Part shown: in pieces, positions 38,629 to 49,300 of the stretch
How positions within the stretch are numbered: the stretch's first letter is position 1
Layout of the letters: each line of letters starts with the position of its first letter
Source: a virus
Virus record (IMG/VR): IMGVR_UViG_3300036770_005682
Span: 1-64,000 of that record
Strand: one strand, 5' to 3'
DNA length: 64,000 bases
The notes under the pieces: generated by a model
Seen by the model: the letters and a program-made list of their open reading frames with translations, nothing else
Database searches by the model: none
What the model was told of the DNA's origin: nothing
Position numbers and translations under genes: made by a program

Positions 38629-41600
38629 TGAAATCTATATCGCTAGTTAGAGACAAGATTGACGGCTCTCCATTTGCTGTATTGCTTATCAACAAAGATG
38701 ATGTAACTGCATTCGGGTCATCTGGCCAAGGAAAAAATTGGGCCGATTGGGTAAATAGTCAAAACACTCAATTTGACAGCATTGATGACCTACTTGATGT
38801 AAGGCTAATTGCTGATACACCTGTACCGGCAAAAACGTTCAATGAAAGCAACCTGAGCAGCTATTTAGACCAGGAAAACATGGACCTGGTTATGCAGGAG
38901 CTGAATAAAAAAGTATTGCTAGAAGTAGTCAATACTAAATCAGCACAGCAAGAAGAGCCAATATTCAATGACGAGGAAGATGACTTACCAGACTTCATTC
39001 CGATGTCAATGTGGCCACTTTCTGATATTTCCCTTGCCTCGATAGATGTTGCATTTAAGTCAAATCTTGCAGCCTACAAAGCAAAGGCATTCAACCTAGA
39101 TAGAGACAGGCGAGCAATAGAGCTCGAGGTTAAATGGGCTCGTGCTATTTGGGACAATGACAGACAAGGGTGGCGCTGCCCACCAGAAACCCCTAATGGT
39201 GGTCAGTTTACCAACCGAATGGGCCTTGGATGCACAACAGGAATGATACGACGCCTTGGCCAGACGTTGATGAGCATCGAGGACCGCAACAAACTTCAAA
39301 TGACACTTCCGGGCCTTGAAGACCCACGCGGATTTCTATACAGAGCTGGAGCTCTGATAGATGAAAGAGCAGAGACGCGAGTAAGGAAATTTGCTGAGCG
39401 CAAAGAGCGTAGAGCAGCAAGGCGAGTTCGTAACATAATCGCCAAAGAAGGGAAAAAAGAACAGGAAAAACTGCAAAAAGAAAAGCGCCGCCATAATAGG
39501 TCTGGTGAATCAATAGGTGACATCTACAGAAGCCTTACTCCAGATGCAACCAGAACATCGAGAGTCCGCGCTGCCGGCGCAGTAAAGCTACGTAGATTTG
39601 CAGCACGAATAGAAGAAGAATCGCTTAGGGACGTAGGTCAAAGTCAACAGCGTCGTGACCGCAGAATGAGAGCTGTCACTGAAGAGCGTCTCAGCCCAAG
39701 AAAACTAAAACAATTACGCGACCAGGGCGGAAGAATACCCGGCTCCGACCTTGGTGGATATGTCCAAATGGACGTCAAGAGCGATGACGAAACATACAGG
39801 GCGATGGACGTCAATGGACAACTTATGGTGCCACGTGTCCTTGTGGACATGGACGAAATGCACTCTAATCCATTCTATGGTCGCCCAACATTGAAGGATG
39901 ACACAGGAAAAGAAATACCAAACCCACATGTTGACCATAAGTGGGTCACGGTTGAAGAAGTTCTCGCCATGTCATCTGTTAACCGCGCAACAAAACCAGT
40001 TCACGACTGGATTGAGATGCGCAAAGGACGTGGCTTTCCCGGTGATGAAACAATCAGCTACGTAGACGCCAAAGAATTAAAAAAGATACAAAAAGAGAAC
40101 GGCAGTATTGGCGTTAGGGTAAAGCTAAAAGACGACGGTAAAGGCACGTCTGCTGGGCGCGGAAAAGGAAAAGCAAAAACTAAACCGGCGCAAGGTGGCC
40201 CAATAGGTGATTTGGAGTGGCAGCCGGACGAGCTACCGCCGACGACTGCAAAGCAAATCCGCGACTCCTGGAGGGAAAGCAGAAAGCGTCTCGGCTCATG
40301 GATAGCAAGTCTCGACCCTTTGTCAGAGGACGACGGGAAAACACGTCGCGAAAAACGAAGAGAAAAACGCTCTAAAGCAAACAAGCCTGTTAGTGCAGTA
40401 ACTGCGGATGGATTTTGGTCCTCACTTTATCCCGATATCGAATCCCCGATTGAGGCTATGGATAGAGCAAGAGAAGCAAGCAGCGCTTCTGACAGCTTCA
40501 GGCAATGGTTTGAATCTGGTCAGTCGGGGAACTCACGCCGCTGGGGCTATAACGAAGTAATCGGAACTCCAACGCCGGAATTTGCCGCTTTTAAACGACT
40601 AGCCGACGGTGTTATTAGCGAACACGGAGGAGAAGTTCTCGTCGAAGGACCAGATTCAGGACACCCCCTGCGAAACGAGCTAGACAATAATTTTGAATTC
40701 AATACTAACTACAGAACATCATCTCCATTTCAACTTTACAACCTACGAGTCGTCACGTTAAATGATGGCGTAGAAGAGCGTAAAGTAATAGTTCTCGACA
40801 CGGTGTTTGCTAATGCTTGGACGGATAATCCACGAGATGAAAACAATAGACAATTAGACCCTACAGAAGCAGGTGTCCTACAACTTGCAACAAAATCAAC
40901 AGTTCTTGATGTTCCCCAAGATATTGTCGAACAAGCGGAAAAAGGAGATATGCGCGTTTGGGACTTTCTCGAAAGTGCAAACTTCGCGTTAATGTCAGGA
41001 CGACCAGGAACAACTCCAGGAAGCGTGTGGCTCGGATTCCCCCCAGCAGATGGAGCGCAAAACTTCGGCGGCGACAGGGTAATACGGTTTAATAAACGAG
41101 GAGCACCACTAAGCATTGCTTCTGGCTACCACGCAAGGAGCAATACGCCAAACCTTATCGGCGTAAAGACAGTGCACCTTGGCGGTACTAGCAATGCAAC
41201 AATAGACCTCCGAACTGGAGCAATGATTTCTGGTCGCATGGGTCCAGAGACGATACTTACACCAGATGGAGAAAAAGTACTTGATGACCCATCAATAAAC
41301 CCATTTACTGGCGAAAAAGAAAAAATGTGGATAGACAGGCTACCTGGCGCACGCAGGGGACGAAAGTCTCGTCGCCGCGTCGTCGGAGATAGGCCAGAAC
41401 AACCAGGAATAATCAGCCGCGTTGCCACAGCAGAGGGGCGACAGTTCTCTAGAGAGCGTCGAGCCGCCAGAAGAATGATTAAGGGCAAGACGCCTAGGGA
41501 CACAAGACCGCTCCGCCAGAGAATTGAAGCATCTTTATACGAGCGTTCACGTAGACGTACTGGCGATATCCGTCCGGAATGGCTACAGGCTCCAGATATA

Positions 41601-44600
41601 AATCCAGCAATAATCGAACAAGAGATACGCGATGCAGCTAGGTCGAATGACCCAGAAATAATTGCATCGCTGCCTGAAATAGGTGGAGTTTACGGTTGGC
41701 TTCTTCCTGAATCGTACCCAACAGGGACTTCCTGGTGGGACTCCGGCGTGAATAAACAAAGAGTTGATGCTCTCAATGCTTCTCTACACGAATTAGGTGG
41801 TTCATTTTTCCCACCAGTTACGCAAGAAGACATAGACAGGCTCCCCGAACTAGCAGAACAGGGGAGACTATGGTTGGAAGACATAAATGACCCAGACCAG
41901 CAAAGCACCCCTGGTGAAGTATCAAACTGGGGATTTGCTGAGTGGAAAGAATTCGAAGGGATGACGTATGTATACGATTCCCGAAATGAAACAAAACCAC
42001 CTATAGCAATAGTTCATAATGCATCTGGGACGACGCACCTAATTGGGAAAGACGGCAAGCATCTACTTTCCCTTGTCCCAAGGCTATCTAGCAACGGCGA
42101 AAATGTTTTCGTACCAATTGGTTCCCCTGAACTTCATAGAAAACTAGAAACCCCAAGCCAGGAAACTGGATTTTTGCAAACGCTTCTAGGGAAATTTAGA
42201 CGACGCGATAGACAGCAAGTCGAAACAGAACAAGTTATCCCAGGACTACGAGGTAGACGCAGAACATTTACGCGTGGGGATACAAGCATCAACGACGTAC
42301 GGGCAATATTCGAAGCCGGAGATGCTGGCTCTAGCCCAACATGGCCCTACTCATTTGCCACGCAGCAGAGAACTGGTTCGCAAATTCTTCCTAAAGCAAT
42401 GTCTGACGCTCAGATAGCGTTGGTTTTGGCTTCAGCAGAAAAAATGCAGGCGCAGCTAGAAGCATCCTTTAGACGGCAACTCGGTTTGCCACAAAACGAA
42501 TCTCTTACAGAAGATGGCATAAAAGACTTCATTGATGAACTATCTCGCAACGGCCGGAAACGCGAGGCTGGCATAGTAATAAATAATTTGCACGACCTTG
42601 CTGTGCTGGATGACCTTCTTTTTACTCAGGATATTGGCCACGTTAATAACCTAAAGCCTGGTAGGCGTCACATGATAATGCTTGATGCTGGAATTCCATT
42701 GTCAGACGCAGAGAAAAAGTCTAGACGTCGGATGACGCCTGACTTAATTTGGATAACGAAAGATACGGCTGGAAGTTCATATTTCAGGCTCTCCGACACT
42801 GGCGAACGAGGTCAATTCACATCTAGACGAACATTCCCCCAAGGAGATGTAAATCTATTAGATGTTGCTACTCCGCAAGGTCCATCATCTCCACGGCCAA
42901 CACCAACTGGGCCAGCGCTAATTCCCGGCACAGGGGACGTGACTGGAACAATCATTTATAGGGGTGGCTTATACTTTGACACTTCGACCGGCAGATACGT
43001 TGAAGACCTGACTGGTCTTGACTCAGATGGCGCGGACTTCTTGCATAAGCCTGTTCCTTTAGAAAACTATACGTTCAATGCGCTTGGAGATTTACAGGGC
43101 CAAGAATTTCCAAAGATTATTCTAAGCAGTGGACCAGGTGCTCCAAGGAGAGAGCTAGCAGTTGCTGCTCCTGGAATAAATCCACAAGACAAACGAGTTG
43201 CTGTTCAAACTAGACCTGACCTTGTGGAGGCTATAGTCACACAGCCATCATCGTTTACAGAGCTTTTCTACATGCTTAGAAACAGATGGCGCGCACTTGG
43301 TTCAGCTCAAAAATCGGAAGCCAAACTGCAGAAGCTGGGGCGGAATCCTGTTGCAACCGCCGACCTGATAAGTGGTATCAACAGCCCGCTACTAGCCAGA
43401 GCAGACGGCCTAGAAACAGAAGAGGGGATGTCTCTGTTTACATCGCCGGTAAATGCACCGGGCAGAACTATAAATAATGCTGCGGAAGTTCTTCGCGCGA
43501 TAAGAAATGCATCACGCAAGACCCCAACTGAAAATGGCCTATTTGATGAGTATTTGCCCGGGAGTGCTGGCGATTTAAGGCGTCAATCAACTGTAGTTTC
43601 AGGACCACACGAACTGCACCACTTACACGTTTTGGACAGTCTTGGGATAATGGAATCACTTCCATTTGAAACTGTTTACCTACCAAGCACACAACCAATA
43701 GGCAACCAAGTTGACATGCAAGCCTACGGTTACGGTCTTCCGCACATAGACAATGGTCTTTTCATGCCGCTCAACTCGGCTCTGCAACTTGATTTTGCCG
43801 CGAGGACAATGCGCAGATTGCTTGATTCTGGCAGCCAGCAAGACCGAGATGGATGGGATAGGACTTGGGGTAGGCGTGCTGGCGGCAGGTACGACATAAA
43901 TAAAGCAGACGTTGAAGAAGTAGAAAGAATGAGCGCCCTTGCATGGAAGCATGCAGCAGATGAACTTTCTAGAGTTGCCTCAGAATATGGAAACAAAAGA
44001 AATGACGCACTAGGAAGGTGGAGAGTAGGCAATGGGGTTGGGGAGAAAGACAACGATAAAGACCTGGCAGAAGTAACAAATTACGTCATGAATGGTGTCA
44101 TAGCTGAGCAGGCAGAATATCTATTGCACAGACACATCATTACTAACGATGACGTAATGCAGCAGATTGCTGAATCACATATTGCAGACATGACGAGACG
44201 CTCAATAGATGCGAACAAGAGAATCGACAGGCTTGAACAACTGCGCTCCGCTCAAACAGCAGTAGGTCGCAGAGCGACTGGCGGATATTCTCCAGACGAT
44301 GTCGACCCAATCGAATTGTTGCCCATACTTGACCGTCACGGAGATGGAGTAACAACAACTGCTCCGCTTAGAGATTTAGGCGAAATATCCGAAATAATGG
44401 CAGACCATAAAGCTCTCGGTTTTGCCGCCCCACTTGAGATAGACCCCGTAACAGGAGAGTTTGTTCCTCAAATTCTCACAGATGACCAAATAGAAGCCCT
44501 AGCGCTAATTGACTATGCATACAAGCGCCACAACATCATGACAAACATGATGGGGCAATCCAGGAATGCGGCAATAGAGGAAGCTCGTGCTGAATTCGGT

Positions 44601-46007
44601 TACGCGCCAGGTTCGCCAGAAGCAGACACAGCTTATGGACATATTGATATAGATGCGCTGGACGGAATTTACAAACTTGGTCAGCGCCCCAACATGGGTG
44701 ACAACATATTGTGGGGTTTCCTGCAAGCTTCTGGTTTCAATGACAACCCACTATTGCTAGACGTACAAGAATTGAGAGAAATAGCTCAGACAGAAGACGG
44801 GAATGGCAAACGTCAAGCAATTTTGATGTCGCGAGGGGTTAATTCAACCGTTGACGCTAGCGGAAGAAGCGTCCCCGCAACGCGTTTTGTCAACATGCTT
44901 TTGCGACTAAAGAGGTCGATAACTGGACGTGGCGGGCAACAGCATGGTACGGGAGAATATTGGAGCTCTCAACCAACAGAATGGGCCCCAAACAACGATG
45001 GTGCTGCTATCGGCGTATTGGCTAGAGACATGGCCCGCATTGCTTCGCATGAGGTCATGGTTGGCCCAAATTCCAGCGCCACCACCAATGGAGCAGGTGG
45101 AATAGTATCAAGCCACATGTACGAAGCTCTATGGGCGATAGCTAACGCATTGGGTGCGCGAGGGTTTGGGAGAGGCCCCAACGCACTCCATGGAAGCGAA
45201 TACCAAACAGACATACCTGTCAACTCGGTGAATTTCGACCCGGTAACTGGCCTCTATGACCAGGGGGGCTTGGATGCTTTGCGAGACAAGGTGATGGAAC
45301 TTCTTGAGGAATACAACCCAAATGTTCCAGGTTCACAGGGAGGCCTAATGACAGTCGAAAACTGGTCATTGCGGACAGGACGCTTCCAGAGCTCAATAAT
45401 CCCAGATATGGGCCAGGGTTCAATTGTTAACCAAGAACGTAACGATGCTGCCCAGCGTGAACGCCGCCATCTAAACGCTTGGTTGGGGCAGCAAGCAAGC
45501 TGGCTAATACAATTAGCTCAACTACGGAGAGACGAATCAGACCCGGTAAACGGAGACGAAAACAAAGAGTGGAATCGCCGCCTTGAGGCTGCCGGCCATT
45601 CGCTCGTAATGATGGCACCGAATGGAAGAGCTGCGCTAATGGGATACGACGCACTAATACGAAACACCCAAGACTCAATACAGGTTGGTGGTTTAACTAA
45701 TGCTGACAACAGGTTCAGTGACTACGACTTCTGGGAAGACGATATTAGTAGAATCACATTATACCCGCCTAAAGTTGTAGTACTTCTGAATAGGACTTCA
45801 GTTCCGATGCTGCGCATAGCACACGAGCCGACTCAGACAGTTACCAATTATTCGCGGACAAGACAATTTATGGGATGGCTAGAAAACACCGGACTAACAT
45901 GGGACGACATTGTTCCAGAACCTATGGCAAACCCAACCACACAAGAAGAAATTGACCTTGCAAGAAGGCTCACTACGTATCTCCGGCGCTGGGGGTTAAG
46001 CCAATGA
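38628..46007 (+). CDS. Polyprotein C (2459 aa) with RCP motif, one ISGRMG and a C-terminal ART/PARP-like domain
   Basis: ILMSRGV...GRGG..HG.G.YWS...AALMGYDAL...VVLLNRT. Confidence 0.65.
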   Translation: MKSISLVRDKIDGSPFAVLLINKDDVTAFGSSGQGKNWADWVNSQNTQFDSIDDLLDVRLIADTPVPAKTFNESNLSSYLDQENMDLVMQELNKKVLLEVVNTKSAQQEEPIFNDEEDDLPDFIPMSMWPLSDISLASIDVAFKSNLAAYKAKAFNLDRDRRAIELEVKWARAIWDNDRQGWRCPPETPNGGQFTNRMGLGCTTGMIRRLGQTLMSIEDRNKLQMTLPGLEDPRGFLYRAGALIDERAETRVRKFAERKERRAARRVRNIIAKEGKKEQEKLQKEKRRHNRSGESIGDIYRSLTPDATRTSRVRAAGAVKLRRFAARIEEESLRDVGQSQQRRDRRMRAVTEERLSPRKLKQLRDQGGRIPGSDLGGYVQMDVKSDDETYRAMDVNGQLMVPRVLVDMDEMHSNPFYGRPTLKDDTGKEIPNPHVDHKWVTVEEVLAMSSVNRATKPVHDWIEMRKGRGFPGDETISYVDAKELKKIQKENGSIGVRVKLKDDGKGTSAGRGKGKAKTKPAQGGPIGDLEWQPDELPPTTAKQIRDSWRESRKRLGSWIASLDPLSEDDGKTRREKRREKRSKANKPVSAVTADGFWSSLYPDIESPIEAMDRAREASSASDSFRQWFESGQSGNSRRWGYNEVIGTPTPEFAAFKRLADGVISEHGGEVLVEGPDSGHPLRNELDNNFEFNTNYRTSSPFQLYNLRVVTLNDGVEERKVIVLDTVFANAWTDNPRDENNRQLDPTEAGVLQLATKSTVLDVPQDIVEQAEKGDMRVWDFLESANFALMSGRPGTTPGSVWLGFPPADGAQNFGGDRVIRFNKRGAPLSIASGYHARSNTPNLIGVKTVHLGGTSNATIDLRTGAMISGRMGPETILTPDGEKVLDDPSINPFTGEKEKMWIDRLPGARRGRKSRRRVVGDRPEQPGIISRVATAEGRQFSRERRAARRMIKGKTPRDTRPLRQRIEASLYERSRRRTGDIRPEWLQAPDINPAIIEQEIRDAARSNDPEIIASLPEIGGVYGWLLPESYPTGTSWWDSGVNKQRVDALNASLHELGGSFFPPVTQEDIDRLPELAEQGRLWLEDINDPDQQSTPGEVSNWGFAEWKEFEGMTYVYDSRNETKPPIAIVHNASGTTHLIGKDGKHLLSLVPRLSSNGENVFVPIGSPELHRKLETPSQETGFLQTLLGKFRRRDRQQVETEQVIPGLRGRRRTFTRGDTSINDVRAIFEAGDAGSSPTWPYSFATQQRTGSQILPKAMSDAQIALVLASAEKMQAQLEASFRRQLGLPQNESLTEDGIKDFIDELSRNGRKREAGIVINNLHDLAVLDDLLFTQDIGHVNNLKPGRRHMIMLDAGIPLSDAEKKSRRRMTPDLIWITKDTAGSSYFRLSDTGERGQFTSRRTFPQGDVNLLDVATPQGPSSPRPTPTGPALIPGTGDVTGTIIYRGGLYFDTSTGRYVEDLTGLDSDGADFLHKPVPLENYTFNALGDLQGQEFPKIILSSGPGAPRRELAVAAPGINPQDKRVAVQTRPDLVEAIVTQPSSFTELFYMLRNRWRALGSAQKSEAKLQKLGRNPVATADLISGINSPLLARADGLETEEGMSLFTSPVNAPGRTINNAAEVLRAIRNASRKTPTENGLFDEYLPGSAGDLRRQSTVVSGPHELHHLHVLDSLGIMESLPFETVYLPSTQPIGNQVDMQAYGYGLPHIDNGLFMPLNSALQLDFAARTMRRLLDSGSQQDRDGWDRTWGRRAGGRYDINKADVEEVERMSALAWKHAADELSRVASEYGNKRNDALGRWRVGNGVGEKDNDKDLAEVTNYVMNGVIAEQAEYLLHRHIITNDDVMQQIAESHIADMTRRSIDANKRIDRLEQLRSAQTAVGRRATGGYSPDDVDPIELLPILDRHGDGVTTTAPLRDLGEISEIMADHKALGFAAPLEIDPVTGEFVPQILTDDQIEALALIDYAYKRHNIMTNMMGQSRNAAIEEARAEFGYAPGSPEADTAYGHIDIDALDGIYKLGQRPNMGDNILWGFLQASGFNDNPLLLDVQELREIAQTEDGNGKRQAILMSRGVNSTVDASGRSVPATRFVNMLLRLKRSITGRGGQQHGTGEYWSSQPTEWAPNNDGAAIGVLARDMARIASHEVMVGPNSSATTNGAGGIVSSHMYEALWAIANALGARGFGRGPNALHGSEYQTDIPVNSVNFDPVTGLYDQGGLDALRDKVMELLEEYNPNVPGSQGGLMTVENWSLRTGRFQSSIIPDMGQGSIVNQERNDAAQRERRHLNAWLGQQASWLIQLAQLRRDESDPVNGDENKEWNRRLEAAGHSLVMMAPNGRAALMGYDALIRNTQDSIQVGGLTNADNRFSDYDFWEDDISRITLYPPKVVVLLNRTSVPMLRIAHEPTQTVTNYSRTRQFMGWLENTGLTWDDIVPEPMANPTTQEEIDLARRLTTYLRRWGLSQ

Positions 46008-46393
46008 AAAAAATAGACAAATCAGAGCTGAGTCGTGATGAATTTGCAATGTATTCGCAAAGCAAATTAAAACTCACACAAGCAGTTGAGGAGCTTATCA
46101 ACCTGCTTGGGTATCCGCCATTCGGATTTGATAAAACCGGCAAGTCAAGCGAAATGTATGCCGAAGTCATGGCTGACATAAATGAAACTTTAAACAACAT
46201 TGATGAGGAAGATTTCATTACAGATAGATACGTGCCACTAGCCGAAATAAAGAAAAAATACGCAACAGAAATATCTCAAGCCAAGCGGCTGAGAGATGCA
46301 CATCCAAACATTGGCGCTGCGATTAAAGCATGGTTCGAAGATAATAAATTACAATTAGACGAGTCGATTGCATACCAATATGGCATTGGCTGA
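46004..46393 (+). CDS. Small acidic protein coupled to polyprotein C
   Basis: ATGA overlap; 129 aa. Confidence 0.55.
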   Translation: MKKIDKSELSRDEFAMYSQSKLKLTQAVEELINLLGYPPFGFDKTGKSSEMYAEVMADINETLNNIDEEDFITDRYVPLAEIKKKYATEISQAKRLRDAHPNIGAAIKAWFEDNKLQLDESIAYQYGIG

Positions 46394-46395
46394 AC

Positions 46396-49300
46396 ATGGA
46401 AGACGAAGCAAAAAAACCGGATAATAGAAAAAATCGCCGGAAGAAAAAGAACTGGGAAAAACTGAAAGAATCTCCGATAGTCGGTATTTCAACCCTTCCT
46501 GGCGGGGGACTTGTTTCCGCACCGATAATGGGAAAAGCTCTGGGCTCAAGAATAGGTCGCCGAATAGGCGGAGCAGGCAAAACACCAACAGACATGAACC
46601 CGGCAACCGCCAGAGATGCTGACAAGGACATGATAGTTCTTGAAGGTGTACCCACCATAAATCAGGGTAGAGGAGTACCCGACCCAACGCCAGGCGGTGA
46701 AATATCAGGCCGCATGGGGAGGGAACAAAACAAAGAAGAATTTGTGGGCTTAGAAAAGTTGCTCAGGCAACATTTTGGCCAATTTGCAAAATTCCAAGAA
46801 TGGACGAGAAACAAAGATTGGCGCGCATTCCACAGAAACCATTTTGACTGGTGGATGTTCCCAATCCCAAGGGGCTCTAATACGTATCGCGATGAGTACA
46901 ACGTCGCAGGCGAGCCACTGGCAGAACTATTAAACAATAGACGATATATGGAAACCTTGCCAGCAGCAATGCGAATGTATCTTCGCTCAATCGGCTGGGA
47001 CATGGATAAGAAAAACTGGATTGCTGATGCTGATATAGAAAACGGTCAAGAGCCGGTACGAAGTCTAAATCAAGCTCGCTTGTATAAAATCGCTCAGTCC
47101 GCAGAAGCACACAACTTGATTGACGAACTGCGCTCAGTGAGTCTGATGGTTGACGATATGCGAGCCAGTGGGATACGCGTAGGAAATGATAATTATTGGA
47201 ACTCTATTTCTGGTCGCATGGCCAACAACGAATTTGTAAAACCAGATTTTCCAGAAAATGCAAAACCTGGAGACAAGTACTCGACAGGCGTTGAAGGTGA
47301 TACGCGCGAGTGGCAATTTGACGGCAGACTATGGGTAAGACAGGACTCAGGCGGCAAGCGCGCGGCAACAATGGGGTTCCGCAAAGCTGGTGGAAGTACA
47401 GGGAAAAGTATTTCGCCATCCGCTACATCAATTGCTGTTGGCCAAAACAAAAGAGCAATGACATATGGGACTCCAGAATTTGATGAAATATGGGCCCGCA
47501 GGGACGCCAATAACGAAGCCGGGGAAGGCGATGGAGTTACGTTTGACTGGAAAGATGAATCCTCGAGACTCCAATACATAGCATTAATGAATGGCTCCGG
47601 ATTCCCGATGAAACACCCGAAGACCAGAAAACGTGTTGGTTGGGCAAAATTCGGAGAAGGGGCAAACCCTCCAGGGGATTATCCGAGAAGGGGTGTGCCC
47701 GGATGGGTCGACAGGCTTAAACCAGAACTAAAGGACCTCGGAATAGCAATAGTACCCAAAGACCACAGCACAATGGGGGACCAGTACGGTTCATGGATTT
47801 CTTTTTCTGGCACCCCTGGTTCGCCCTCCGCTGAAGGCCAAGCAGCAAAACAACTTTTAACACATTTGGCAGAAACTATAAGCCCAGATACGTTTTATGA
47901 ACACTTTGAAGCGTGGTTACGAAATCCTTACGTGACTGCGAAAAAAAATGGGAAAGATGTTGGCGTTAGGCTTGCGTTTAATAACGATAGAGAGCGCTTA
48001 CTAAATGAATACAGGCGTCGCGTCATTGCTCTACGAGATTCTATGTATGACTACTTCGGTAACCCAATGGATGAAGTTGGCGCAACGATGGTTAAACCTG
48101 TTGTAGACGATGAACTATCCCCATCTACTCAAATAGGAAGCACTGGGAACGACTGGAAAGACATAACATCATCTGCCCCTTGGGCTGCACAGCGCATTGC
48201 AGCTGCCGCAACAGAGGCTGCAGCAGACGAAATACCACGCAGCAAAGACAGACTGAAGCACATGATTCAATCACGTGTTCAAATGACATTGCCGCAAGAA
48301 ATAGTTGATTTAATCGGCACATCTGAATCATTGATTGACACGCTCTTGCGAGAGAATTTCAAAAATAGAGATTGGGGCCGTGATTCGGAATTTGACGCCC
48401 CAGATATTTTGCCGTCAGGTGACGCAGAAACTCTGGAAATTGTCGATGAACTAGGAGACCAGTTTATTGAATTAATAACCAGTAGAGAATCAACCACAGA
48501 AATAACAGACAATGACGCAATAGAGTTCGCTAGAGACATGGCAGATGACAGCGTGAACATGCGAGCAGTAAAGCCGTTTCTCCAGAAAAAATTAGACGCA
48601 AAAATATCTGGCAGGATGGGAAACAAACCAGAAACAAACGTTGAAGCCGAGAACATAGATTTTCTCCCAGAGTCACCGAATCATCTCGGCAACCACTTCA
48701 CATCGCGCCACGAGGGCTATGACATCAGGCCGGACCCCGTTGACTCGATACAGGAGGCTCGCAGAACTGGAGCTCCATTAAAGGGTCTTACTCCTGGCTC
48801 TTACAGCGAACAAATCCAGAAATATATGAACGGGCTTACAGATTATGTAATTGGTCTTGGGTTTACAAGCTACATGCAAACCAACCCAGATTTCTATATT
48901 GGCTCACAAGATGAAGAGGGTAGACAGAGGGCCGCTGATTTTCGCGGCTACCTCGGAGGATGGATTGGCACCGTATCTGCCGCAATAATGGATTTGGGCA
49001 CCTTTGGTGAAGATTTTGAGCTAGACGATGAACACAGAGAATTTCTGCGTCCATTCCTGGGTTCATCGGTAGACAAAATGAAAAATTTTTCCGACATACC
49101 AGACGAGGACCCTTCTGGGTATGGCGGCAACACAATGCAGGTGCTAAAGGGTTTGCTTTCCAGGGGTGTTGTGACAAGCACCCCAACAGATGGCAACGAA
49201 CTTAATGACATTGCTACAGGGTTGGCAATGAGGGCCATACATGCAGCAATAAAAACCAATAACCATGAACGAATCGGCGTTTCTGATGCACGGCAAGCAA

